Source of the DNA: Candidatus Latescibacterota bacterium
GTDB taxonomy: Bacteria; Latescibacterota; UBA2968; GCA-2709665
Length of the DNA: 64,000 nt
Assembly (NCBI GenBank): GCA_965208835.1
Contig: OZ242358.1
Coordinates: forward strand, 992,001-1,056,000
Direction of reading: 5' to 3'
Positions within the stretch are counted from its first letter, which is position 1. The number at the start of each line of letters is the position of its first letter. The notes beneath the pieces were generated by a model. It saw only the letters and a list, made by a program, of their open reading frames with translations, was not told the DNA's origin and searched no databases. The position numbers and the translations under genes were made by a program. Positions 10,550 to 19,261 of the stretch are shown here, in pieces.

Positions 10550-13546
10550 GTGAGTTCCACACCATCCTTCCAGGAACTCATTCTGCGCCTTGAACGATTC
10601 TGGGCGGATCACGGGTGTATCATCTGGCAACCGCTCAGCGAAAAGGTCGGCGCGGGTACATGGAACCCGAGCACCGCGCTTCGCGTGCTGGGGCCGGAGC
10701 CCTGGAACGTGGCCTACGTTGAACCCAGTTTTCGACCCGACGACGGACGATTCGGGGAGAACCCGAACCGGATGCAGATGCACACGCAGTACCAGGTTGT
10801 ACTGAAGCCTGAGCCAGGCAACCCCCAGGAACTCTACCTGGATAGTCTGGAAGCATTGGGACTGAGCCGGAGGCGCCATGACATTCGCTTCGTGGAGGAC
10901 AACTGGGAATCGCCCGGGCTTGGCGCGTGGGGCCTGGGCTGGGAGGTCTGGCTCGACGGCCTGGAAATCACACAGTTCACCTATTTCCAACAGGCCGGAG
11001 GCCTGCAGCTCGACCCGGTGCCCGTGGAGATCACCTACGGCATGGAGCGGATCGCCATGTATGTACAGGACGTGCGTGAAGTCTGGCAACTCCGCTGGAA
11101 CGAGCAGGTCTCCTATGGCGACATTCTAAGGCAGCAGGAAGTGGAGTATTGCAATTACGAGTTTCACCACGCCGACGTCGGGCGACTGCAGTCCATGTTC
11201 GATCTCTTCTATGAGGAAGCGAGAGCCGCGATAGGCCGCGGACTGGTCATTCCCGCCTATGACTACGTATTGCGTTGCTCTCACACCTTCAACCTGCTGG
11301 ACACCCGCGGCGCCATAGGCGTAACCGAGCGTGCGCGGTACTTCGCCCGCATCCGCGACCTCGCGAGGCAGGTCGCCGAAGGATTTCTGGAACAGCGTGA
11401 AGCGTCAGGCCACCCCCTGATCAGAAAACCCGGGGAGGCCGGCGCCCCGAAGGCCGGTGGGGATACCTGGTCACCGGAGCGCGCCGACCTGCTTCTGGAG
11501 ATCGGATCCGAAGAGCTCCCGCCTAATGACGTGCGGTCCGGCATCGAGCAACTCGAGAGGTTCCTTCCCGAGCTTCTGCGGGAGCAGAGACTTGGCTACG
11601 ACAAAATCGAAATAACGGGCACGCCCAGACGGCTTGTGGCCAGCGTCAGGAATCTCGAGGGACGCCAGCCGGATCAGGAACGCGAGGTACGCGGTCCGGC
11701 CGTCAGGGCGGCTTACGGCGACGACGGACAGCCGACACGGGCGTTGGAAGGGTTCTGTCGCGGTCAAGGTATCTCTACAGGTTCGGTGGAACACAGGAAA
11801 GACGAGAAGGGCGTTGAATATGTCTATGCCCGGCGCCACGAGCCCGGTCTCGCAACGACGGAAGTCCTGACCGAACTCCTTCCCGGGCTGATCTCCGGAT
11901 TGAAGTTCCCGAAGACGATGCGCTGGGACTCCGGCGGTTTCGACTATCCCCGACCTCTTCGCTGGATTGTCGCACTTTTCGGAAACCGGGTTATTCCGTT
12001 TTCCCTCGCACGGATCCGGGGCGGACGAACCAGCTATGGTCTGAGGCCCGAGGGCGATCCGCCCGTCAAGCTGGCGTCCTCCGACGCCTATTGCCCGCAA
12101 ATGGAAGAACTCGGCCTGATCGTCGACCGCAATCGGCGAAAGGAAGCGATCCGGAATCAGGTCTGCGAACGGGCGCGTGAAGTAGGGGGCAGCGTACAGG
12201 AAGATCCCGAACTGCTTGACGAAGTTACCGACCTGGTCGAAGCGCCCTTCGCGCTGCGCGGTGGTTTCGACGAAGCTCATCTCGAACTGCCCGAGGAGGT
12301 CCTGGTTACCGTACTCAGGAAGTACCAGCGCTACTTCCCCGTGGTACACCCCGAATCAGGCCGGCTGCTGCCCTGGTTTGTGGCCGTGTCCAACGGCCGG
12401 CAGGCCGATCCGGGGCCTGTCGTTCGAGGGAACGAGAATGTCGTGCGCGCCAGATTTGCGGATGCCGCCTTCTTCTACAGGGAAGACGGTCGAAAGGCCC
12501 TGGAGAACCACCTGCCGCGTCTGGATACGCTCACCTTCCAGGACGATCTGGGCTCCGTGAGGGACAAGAGCGCGCGAATCGAGCAACTGCTCCCGGCCAT
12601 CGGACCCGATCTTGGCCTGTCGGAAGGAGATATGATCACGGCCAAGCGGGCGGCACGGCTATGCAAAGCCGATCTGGCCACCGGTATGGTCGTGGAAATG
12701 ACGTCCCTTCAGGGCGTGATGGGCCGGTACTACGCCCTGTTGTCCGGGGAGACCGACGCGGTGGCGACAGCCATCCAGGAACACTATCTTCCCCGGTTCC
12801 CCGGCGATATGCTGCCTTCAAGCGAATCCGGATCCGCAGTCTCCATCGCCGACCGGCTGGACAGCCTGGCCGGCCTGTTCTGCGCCGGAGTCAAGCCCCG
12901 GTCGACCGCCGACCCCTATGGGTTGCGTCGGGACGCGCTGGGCCTTTTGGCGCTGCTTATAGGCAATCGCAGACACTTTTCCCTGAAGAAGGGCCTGGAG
13001 GCCGCGGCTGCCGGGCTTCCTGTCCGGGTGCATACCGATCGATTGAACGACGCGCATGCGTTCATCCTGCGGCGCCTGGGCGTACAGCTGAAAGAGGAGG
13101 GTTTTCGTCACGACGTTGTCGAGGCCGCGCTCGGGGGCGGATGCGATGACCCCTTCGGGCTCCGGACCATTGTGGATGGCCTCGATCAGATGGTCCGTTC
13201 GGAAGGCTGGACCGAGACCCTGCATGCATACGCGCGCTGTAAGCGGATTGTGCGTGATCTGGATGAACCCTGTCCGCTGAACCCGGAGGCGGATCCGGAT
13301 CCTTCCTCGCGCGCCCTGCACCTGAAATGGGAAGGAGCCCGACGTGTGATGGACCGATCGAATGACAGGATCGGTACCCTTGAAATCGTGCTGACAGATC
13401 TTCGCGGCCCGATCAACCGCTTCTTCGAGGAAGTCCTGGTGATGGATAAGGATCCGGTGCTTCGACAGGCGCGCCTGGCTCTGGTTCAGCGCATCGCCTC
13501 TCTCGCCGACGGCATCGCGGACCTGAGCAGACTGGAGGGCTTTTAA
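10550..13546 (+). CDS. glyQS: Glycine--tRNA ligase, fused alpha+beta subunits
   Basis: Alpha part ([27 protein letters not shown]) continues in frame into the beta part ([35 protein letters not shown]). Confidence 0.95.
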   Translation: MSSTPSFQELILRLERFWADHGCIIWQPLSEKVGAGTWNPSTALRVLGPEPWNVAYVEPSFRPDDGRFGENPNRMQMHTQYQVVLKPEPGNPQELYLDSLEALGLSRRRHDIRFVEDNWESPGLGAWGLGWEVWLDGLEITQFTYFQQAGGLQLDPVPVEITYGMERIAMYVQDVREVWQLRWNEQVSYGDILRQQEVEYCNYEFHHADVGRLQSMFDLFYEEARAAIGRGLVIPAYDYVLRCSHTFNLLDTRGAIGVTERARYFARIRDLARQVAEGFLEQREASGHPLIRKPGEAGAPKAGGDTWSPERADLLLEIGSEELPPNDVRSGIEQLERFLPELLREQRLGYDKIEITGTPRRLVASVRNLEGRQPDQEREVRGPAVRAAYGDDGQPTRALEGFCRGQGISTGSVEHRKDEKGVEYVYARRHEPGLATTEVLTELLPGLISGLKFPKTMRWDSGGFDYPRPLRWIVALFGNRVIPFSLARIRGGRTSYGLRPEGDPPVKLASSDAYCPQMEELGLIVDRNRRKEAIRNQVCERAREVGGSVQEDPELLDEVTDLVEAPFALRGGFDEAHLELPEEVLVTVLRKYQRYFPVVHPESGRLLPWFVAVSNGRQADPGPVVRGNENVVRARFADAAFFYREDGRKALENHLPRLDTLTFQDDLGSVRDKSARIEQLLPAIGPDLGLSEGDMITAKRAARLCKADLATGMVVEMTSLQGVMGRYYALLSGETDAVATAIQEHYLPRFPGDMLPSSESGSAVSIADRLDSLAGLFCAGVKPRSTADPYGLRRDALGLLALLIGNRRHFSLKKGLEAAAAGLPVRVHTDRLNDAHAFILRRLGVQLKEEGFRHDVVEAALGGGCDDPFGLRTIVDGLDQMVRSEGWTETLHAYARCKRIVRDLDEPCPLNPEADPDPSSRALHLKWEGARRVMDRSNDRIGTLEIVLTDLRGPINRFFEEVLVMDKDPVLRQARLALVQRIASLADGIADLSRLEGF

Positions 13547-13732
13547 GAAGCTGTCTTAAAATTCCCAGCGGTCTTCGCGCGGCTGCAAAAGCGCCGGTCA
13601 GCGTTGGTCAAACCCACCCGTCTTACCAGATCGAGGCTGCGCTTGCTCGCCTCTCATAGGTGGATTTTCCCGCCTTGAACGTCACTTTTTCGCTCGCGCT
13701 CTGGAACTCACCGGTAATTTTAAAACAGCTTC
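13547..13732. mobile_element. MITE family A copy 1
   Basis: TIRs GAAGCTGTcTTAAAATT / AATTTTAAAACAGCTTC flanked by TAA...TAA. The left TAA is the glyQS stop codon. Confidence 0.85.
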
Positions 13733-13812
13733 TAAAGCGGCAGGGAGCGGCACGAACCTCATTGATCACCCGCGGTGCCGCCTGCGTATGCCAACTCGTT
13801 CCTTTCATCCCT

Positions 13813-14394
13813 ATGCGTATAATCACGGGCAAACTGAAGGGCCGGATCATTCCGTTTGACGTCAGGAAACACGGCGACGCCCGCGTAACGCCGGCAAGGA
13901 TCAAGGAGGCCGCGTTTAACATTCTGGGCGCCAGGCTTGATCATATTCATTTCCTCGACCTGTTTTCCTGTTCGGGTCAGATCGGGCTGGAAGCGTACAG
14001 TCGTGGCGCCCGGGTGCTTCTGAACGAACCGGATCGTCGCAGGCACGGCTTTATTTCAAGGCTGCTGAAGGACTGGGGGGGGGAAAGACAGGTTCGCCTC
14101 ACGAATCAGCCCGTGGAACGACTCCTGCCGCTGCTGGAGTCGGAACAACAGGCATTTGACGTAATATATGCGGATCCGCCGTACCATCTGATGCATGACG
14201 ACGTCCCGTTCGCCCTTGCCATGCCCACCCGCCTGGGCGGATCGGTCCTCCTTGCTCCTTCCGCCCATATCCTCATTCAACATGCCGCAGACCTCGAGAT
14301 GCCCGTCACTTCCCGGCACCTTTCGCTATGCGTTCGGAAGACCTACGGGGGCACTTCGTTATCGATCTACCGTAACGTGTGCGGAGGAGAGTGA
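13813..14394 (+). CDS. rsmD: 16S rRNA m2G966 methyltransferase RsmD family
   Basis: MRIITGKLKGR start, LDLFSCSGQIGLEAYSRGA, YADPPY and KTYGGT. The longer ORF start lies inside the MITE. Confidence 0.85.
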   Translation: MRIITGKLKGRIIPFDVRKHGDARVTPARIKEAAFNILGARLDHIHFLDLFSCSGQIGLEAYSRGARVLLNEPDRRRHGFISRLLKDWGGERQVRLTNQPVERLLPLLESEQQAFDVIYADPPYHLMHDDVPFALAMPTRLGGSVLLAPSAHILIQHAADLEMPVTSRHLSLCVRKTYGGTSLSIYRNVCGGE

Positions 14395-14413
14395 GCTCCT
14401 GACGTTTTTCAAC

Positions 14414-14442
14414 TTGCCTTTGTACGATGTTGCCTGTATTCT
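14414..14442 (+). promoter_or_regulatory. Putative promoter of the DUF5069-like gene
   Basis: TTGCCT-17 nt-TATTCT. Confidence 0.45.
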
Positions 14443-14461
14443 TTGAATTGTCCAACTCTAT

Positions 14462-14644
14462 CAGCCCGTTGAAAAAGCCCATCCGGGCTACGGCCGGCCC
14501 TTGCGGTCGAAATACTGCGTTGCGCTCCCTCGCCGAATCCAGGGATGGGACTCAGTCGCGCGCCTTGTCTTCGGCCACAATGGCAATCTATTTCCGGGTC
14601 GGGACACCATACCTCGCCTGCAGAGCGACTTTATCAACGGACTG
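14462..14644. mobile_element. MITE family B copy 1
   Basis: TIRs CAGCCCGTTGAAAAA / TTTATCAACGGACTG. Closely similar to 41983-42139. Confidence 0.8.
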
Positions 14645-14667
14645 CTTTTCAGAAAGGAGCCGAACAG

Positions 14668-14946
14668 ATGGATACCATGCACGAATCCATCGAATTCCGC
14701 CCGCGGGGCAGAACACTTGCCATGGGCGGTATTCCCTGGCTGCCAAGGATTACAGACAAGGCCCGGGCGATGCTGCGGAACAACATCGGCGACTACGTCT
14801 ACCCCTGACCGGCCGACCAGAAGTTCCTGGAGGAACTCGGCTTGCCGGCAGAGGAATTCACGCAAATCGTGTCCGAATGCAAACTGGACGCGGAAGTCAT
14901 TGAACGCGTGCGTCCTTTTTACGAGAAGGCCCGCAGGGGAACTTAG
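14668..14946 (+). CDS. DUF5069-like small protein with in-frame TGA (candidate selenoprotein, 92 aa)
   Basis: AAAGGAG RBS and ATG 14668. Reads ...GGIPWLPRITDKARAMLRNNIGDYVYP-TGA(14806-14808)-PADQKFLEELGLPAEEF... and stays open to TAG 14944-14946, followed by a terminator. Confidence 0.75.
14809..14848 (+). promoter_or_regulatory. Putative bacterial SECIS element
   Basis: Hairpin directly 3' of the TGA: upper stem AGTTCC/GGAACT, loop TGGA starting 19 nt after the TGA, lower pairing GCCG/CGGC or CCGGC/GCCGG. Confidence 0.6.
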
Positions 14947-14950
14947 AATA

Positions 14951-14983
14951 CCGCTGCCGCCACGCAACGCGTGGCGGCAGCGG
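14951..14983. terminator. Hairpin terminator between convergent genes
   Basis: Perfect 15 bp stem ccgctgccgccacgc-aac-gcgtggcggcagcgg, 4 nt after TAG 14946. Confidence 0.8.
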
Positions 14984-15006
14984 ACATTCTTCTCTGAATC
15001 ACGACG

Positions 15007-15942
15007 CTAACGCCTTCCGCCCTCCGGAAGCGCTTTCTTGGCAAGCGCGCGGACCTCTCCGGTTCCCATCTGCAGCAATCCGTCGATCCCGATTACATCC
15101 GCCGCGAAGAGCTGCGGACACTCCTGCGCCGCCAGGTCATATGCTTCCAGGACGTCGTAATTTACCCCCCGGTACCGGTAGAGTTGTCCCAAGCTCTCCA
15201 GCTGTCCGCTTCGTCTCAGGGAGTTCGTTACGCCCATCTTGAAATAATACAACTGTCGATCTCTCCTGTCGCCCCACCTCAACGTATCCGGCTCGGGGAT
15301 GTACGCCATCGACCTTTCCAGTTCCTCCTGGAAGGCATTGATCCGGGCGTCGACCATCTCCAGCAAACCCCGAAGGACTTCCCTTCGCGCGTCCTCCGTT
15401 TCATCCTGTAGCATATCCTGCAGAACCAGCGCAGCCTTCCCGTAGAATACGTAGCGGTCGCGCTTCCCGTCTCCGAACAGATCCATTTCAATGGCTTCGG
15501 CTTTGCGTACCAGCGCTTCCAGGTCCAGGTGGTCATCGCCCACGCCGGCGTAGTCATCGTCGGCGCGCGCCAACTGAATCCCCACGAGCAATGCCCGTTC
15601 TACAATCTGCATCATGTCTTCAGCAGGATCAAACAACCTCAGTTTCCGGGTGCTTTCGTCATCCGTCCTAATCGCTCCCGGGCCGTGCGCAAAGCCACGA
15701 TTGACCAGTACCTGCTCTGCATCTATCCCCAGGCGGTCCAGCAATTCGCGAAGCGCACCGCCCAATACCGGATGGCTTGCGGCGGGCAGGAATTCCGTGC
15801 GGCCTTCGACCACCAGGTCCGCCATGTCTGCGGCCAGTGCATCGTCTCCTTCCGAAACCTCTCTGCTTTGTGTCCCGCGTTCACGCGTCAGTGTGAAGAT
15901 AACCGCGAGCATTAAAAGGACAACGACAGCGATGTAGACCAT
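15007..15942 (-). CDS. Hypothetical membrane-anchored protein
   Basis: GAGGGAG RBS, N-terminal hydrophobic helix (MVYIAVVVLLMLAVIF) and an acidic helical body. No family recognised. Confidence 0.7.
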   Translation of the reverse strand: MVYIAVVVLLMLAVIFTLTRERGTQSREVSEGDDALAADMADLVVEGRTEFLPAASHPVLGGALRELLDRLGIDAEQVLVNRGFAHGPGAIRTDDESTRKLRLFDPAEDMMQIVERALLVGIQLARADDDYAGVGDDHLDLEALVRKAEAIEMDLFGDGKRDRYVFYGKAALVLQDMLQDETEDARREVLRGLLEMVDARINAFQEELERSMAYIPEPDTLRWGDRRDRQLYYFKMGVTNSLRRSGQLESLGQLYRYRGVNYDVLEAYDLAAQECPQLFAADVIGIDGLLQMGTGEVRALAKKALPEGGRR

Positions 15943-16140
15943 CTTCGATGTTCTCCCTCTTATTGTTCAACCTGACCGTCTGACGACTCCTGGCAGGAGC
16001 ATTGATGCGTTGACAAGAGTCGGTTAGAGTGGAGACGTGAGACAGTAGAGGGCCGCACCGTTCCCCGTAAGTCTTTCGCGCTTTGCCTCTTCCAGGATCT
16101 CCCGACTCGCGTCTTCGCTCTTCCATTTCCTGACGTGATC

Positions 16141-17838
16141 CTACGCGCGGAACAGTTCCCCCATTCGCCTTCCCAGGAACCGTCCGGCCAGAAAGAGGCT
16201 GAACATGAGAAGCAGCATGCCCAGCATTCCCATTGCGCTGGCGATATATGGACCGTCCGCAATCCTGCCCATTAACGCGTAGATGGCCTTGGTAATGGGG
16301 AAATATTGTGCCTTCAGAGCAAGTATCAGGCTGTCGCTGACTTCCAGCATGGCAAAGGAAAAGCAGAGAATGGCGCCGGCGAACAGATTGGCGAGGATGA
16401 GCGGAAAGGTAATCTGCAGGGTGGCGCGCAGGGGCGAAGCACCCATATTCCTGGCCGCTTCTTCAAGGGAGACGCTCGTCTGCTGGAATCCGGCGTAGGC
16501 CGATCTGACCATATATGGCAGCCGCCTCACCGCGTACGCGATCACCAGCAGGGGGACGGGATTGTGCCTCGCGTCCAGAAAGGTGCCGGAATACCCGGCC
16601 AGATATCCGAAAGCCAGTACCGGGCCCGGCAGGGCCAGGGGCAGCATAGCGACCGCATCCAGCGCGCCTCTGAACGGGACCCGGGTGCGGGCAAGCAGAT
16701 AGGCAATGGATATGCCAAGTACCACGTCGCAAACCGTACTTAAAGAACTCAGCATCAGGCTCATTGTTATGCTGGGGCCCGCGATCGGATGCCGATAGAC
16801 GAGCGGGTAGTACTTGCCCGTGACTTCCTGCGGCCAGATCGCCATGAACCAACGCTCGGAGATCGATGTCAGGAATACGCTCAAGTGAGGGATCAGCGCG
16901 ATGGCTGTCAGTGAAATCATAACCGAATAGATAAACGCGGTCATCCCTGGCGACGCCCGGCGGGTAGCGGATCCGACGTGTCCCCGCGCGACCGTTTCAT
17001 ACCGCCGTTTACCCAGCATCAGCTTGGACAGGTAGAAAAACAACACGGTGAGCAATAGCAGAAAGACCACGAGCGCATACGCCATGGGATTTTCGTTGAT
17101 ATCTGAAATTGCATTGAAAATCTCGACCATCACCACCTGGCGATAGTTGAAAATCAGTGGAGTTCCCAGGTCCGTAAACGCCCAGATGAAGACGATGATC
17201 GCACCCGCGAAATAACCCGGCAACATCAGCGGAAAGGTTACGCTTCGAAACAGCCTGAATCCGCGGGCCCCCATATTGCGGGCGGCCTCTTCGAGGCTGG
17301 GGTCGATATTCGACAGCGCCGCTGCCACGTTAAGGAACATAATGGGATAGAGGTGCAACACCTGCAGAATGACCACGCCGGTAAACCCGCCGCCGAACCA
17401 ATCGATCGGTTGGTCGACGATTCCCAACTCCAGCAGCAGAAGGTTAATGGATCCGAAGCGGGCGAACATCTGTTTCATCCCGATGGCGCCCACGAATGGC
17501 GGGAGGACCATGGGTACCAGGATCAGACCGTTGAGGACGTTCTTGCCCTTGAAGTCATACCGTACCAGCAGGAACGCGATGGGCAGGCTCAGGAGCGTCG
17601 TTGCGATCGTGGTGAACATGCCAAGGCGGAAGCTGTTCAGAATCATCTCTTTGTAGACCGGATTGCTTGCCATCAGCTCGAAGAATACGAGCGAGATTTC
17701 GCCGTTCACCCACAGTGCACGCACAACGGCGTACCAGAGCGGATAGAACAGAAAAAAGACAAAAAAGGCAGACAATCCCGCCAGAAAGAGGATCCTGGAC
17801 CAGGTCAGGTCGTAACGATCAAGCAGAGTCTTCACCAT
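16141..17838 (-). CDS. ABC transporter permease, Fe3+/thiamine type (FbpB-like, duplicated domain)
   Basis: About 12 hydrophobic segments and two EAA loops (SLEEAARNMGA twice). Start at MVKTLL overlaps the ATPase stop. Confidence 0.9.
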   Translation of the reverse strand: MVKTLLDRYDLTWSRILFLAGLSAFFVFFLFYPLWYAVVRALWVNGEISLVFFELMASNPVYKEMILNSFRLGMFTTIATTLLSLPIAFLLVRYDFKGKNVLNGLILVPMVLPPFVGAIGMKQMFARFGSINLLLLELGIVDQPIDWFGGGFTGVVILQVLHLYPIMFLNVAAALSNIDPSLEEAARNMGARGFRLFRSVTFPLMLPGYFAGAIIVFIWAFTDLGTPLIFNYRQVVMVEIFNAISDINENPMAYALVVFLLLLTVLFFYLSKLMLGKRRYETVARGHVGSATRRASPGMTAFIYSVMISLTAIALIPHLSVFLTSISERWFMAIWPQEVTGKYYPLVYRHPIAGPSITMSLMLSSLSTVCDVVLGISIAYLLARTRVPFRGALDAVAMLPLALPGPVLAFGYLAGYSGTFLDARHNPVPLLVIAYAVRRLPYMVRSAYAGFQQTSVSLEEAARNMGASPLRATLQITFPLILANLFAGAILCFSFAMLEVSDSLILALKAQYFPITKAIYALMGRIADGPYIASAMGMLGMLLLMFSLFLAGRFLGRRMGELFRA

Positions 17839-18907
17839 CGTCCCGTAGTATGGAAATCGCGTCCCGGGCGAACCGGATACGCACGCGGTCGCCCCCAATG
17901 GCTTTCTGAGTCACCGGATTACTGTCCACGAGTTTCACCTGTGTTCCGTCCGGAAGGTCCACAACATACTGTTCCATCTCGCCCAGGTATATCGCGTTCC
18001 GGACCGTCCCCGTTACGACATGGTCGGCCTCGCCCGGCGTGCCCGCGACGAATTCCATGGCTTCGGGGCGAATGGCGCACAATACGCGGTCGTCTTTCCG
18101 GATGCCGTCGTAGCCCGGGCGGCCGTACAGAATCCCAACCGGCGTCTCCACCCCGATTCTCTCGTCCAGCGCGATGACCTTGCCCGAAATCAGGTTAATT
18201 TCACCGATGAAGTCCGCGACAAACCGGTTGGCCGGCTGCGTATACAAGGTCCTGGGGGAACCGGACTGCACGACCCGCCCCGCCCGCATCACGGCGACGC
18301 GGCTGGCCATCGCCAGCGCCTCTTTCTGGTCGTGCGTGACATAGATCATGGTGATCCCGAGGCTTCGGTGCAGGGCCTGGATCTGTTCCCGCATCTCCAG
18401 CCGCAGTCTGGCGTCGAGATTGGAGAGCGGTTCATCCAGCAACACCACATCGGGTTCGATCACCAGGGCCCGAGCGAGCGCCACCCGCTGCTGCTGTCCG
18501 CCTGACAGCTGGTTGGGAGACCGGTCCCGGTAGGCTTCCATTCTCACCATCTGCAATGCCCGCCGGACACGATCAGTGCGGTTGCCGTGCGCTATGTCGC
18601 GCATCGAAAGGCCGTACTCCACGTTCTGCCAGACGGTCATATGGGGCCATAGCGCGTAGTTCTGGAAGACCATTCCCGTGTTCCGCTTTTCGGGCGGTAC
18701 TTCGGTAACGTCCCGGTCGTCAAAAAACACGCGGCCTCGTTCCGGCCTGTAGAACCCGGCGACCGTTCTCAACAACGTGGTCTTGCCGCATCCGGACGGT
18801 CCGAGCAGAAAGAAGAATTCGCCGTTCTCGATTTCGAGATCGACGGATTCTACCGCGACGACACTGCCGAATCGTTTTGTAACATCCTTCAGACGAACGC
18901 GAACCAT
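17819..18907 (-). CDS. ABC transporter ATP-binding protein (FbpC/PotA-like, TOBE domain)
   Basis: GPSGCGKT, VFQNYALWPH, LSGGQQQR, LLDEPLSNLD and VTHDQ. Confidence 0.93.
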   Translation of the reverse strand: MVRVRLKDVTKRFGSVVAVESVDLEIENGEFFFLLGPSGCGKTTLLRTVAGFYRPERGRVFFDDRDVTEVPPEKRNTGMVFQNYALWPHMTVWQNVEYGLSMRDIAHGNRTDRVRRALQMVRMEAYRDRSPNQLSGGQQQRVALARALVIEPDVVLLDEPLSNLDARLRLEMREQIQALHRSLGITMIYVTHDQKEALAMASRVAVMRAGRVVQSGSPRTLYTQPANRFVADFIGEINLISGKVIALDERIGVETPVGILYGRPGYDGIRKDDRVLCAIRPEAMEFVAGTPGEADHVVTGTVRNAIYLGEMEQYVVDLPDGTQVKLVDSNPVTQKAIGGDRVRIRFARDAISILRDDGEDSA

Positions 18908-18994
18908 GTAACGACCTCATGTCCCTTGGATGCTGTTTTTAGCCTCAATTCGAAGAAAGACGACAGTTAAATTGGCCACAAAGAGCCTGAATGC

Positions 18995-19119
18995 GGGGAG
19001 ACGGTAGAGGTGAGACGGGAGAAGAAGCCATGCCCGGTATGTTCTTTCTCCTCGCCTTCGGCACGATAAGAATCCTCACAAGGCAGGTAATCTCTACCCT
19101 CTCCCGTCTTACGTCTCAC
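18995..19119. repeat. Inverted clusters of degenerate GAGACG-type heptamer repeats
   Basis: ggggagacggtagaggtgagacgggagaag at 18995-19024 faces ctctaccctctcccgtcttacgtctcac at 19092-19119. A similar pair occurs at 16031-16116. Confidence 0.5.
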
Positions 19120-19261
19120 CCGGTGGTCAGGCGGCCTGGGGGAGAGGTCCCGTTCACGTTCAGCGACCTGACATGTATCCTAGAAATTTTTCGTCTTATC
19201 GCCTTTATTAACAATCATATAATTGAATTAACATTCACGAGAAATCACGAATCAGATTTGG

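Noticed and set aside
13660-13812. N-terminal extensions of rsmD and of the 36943-38106 Gfo ORF, and ORF 20900-21808
   Set aside because: These derive from MITE A sequence that happens to be open. The family-typical starts are at 13813 and 38016.
14488-15010. Alternative ORFs 14488-14967 (-), 14501-15010 (+) and 14427-14903 (+)
   Set aside because: They begin or run through MITE B and lack an RBS or motifs. The RBS-led frame from 14668 explains the region.
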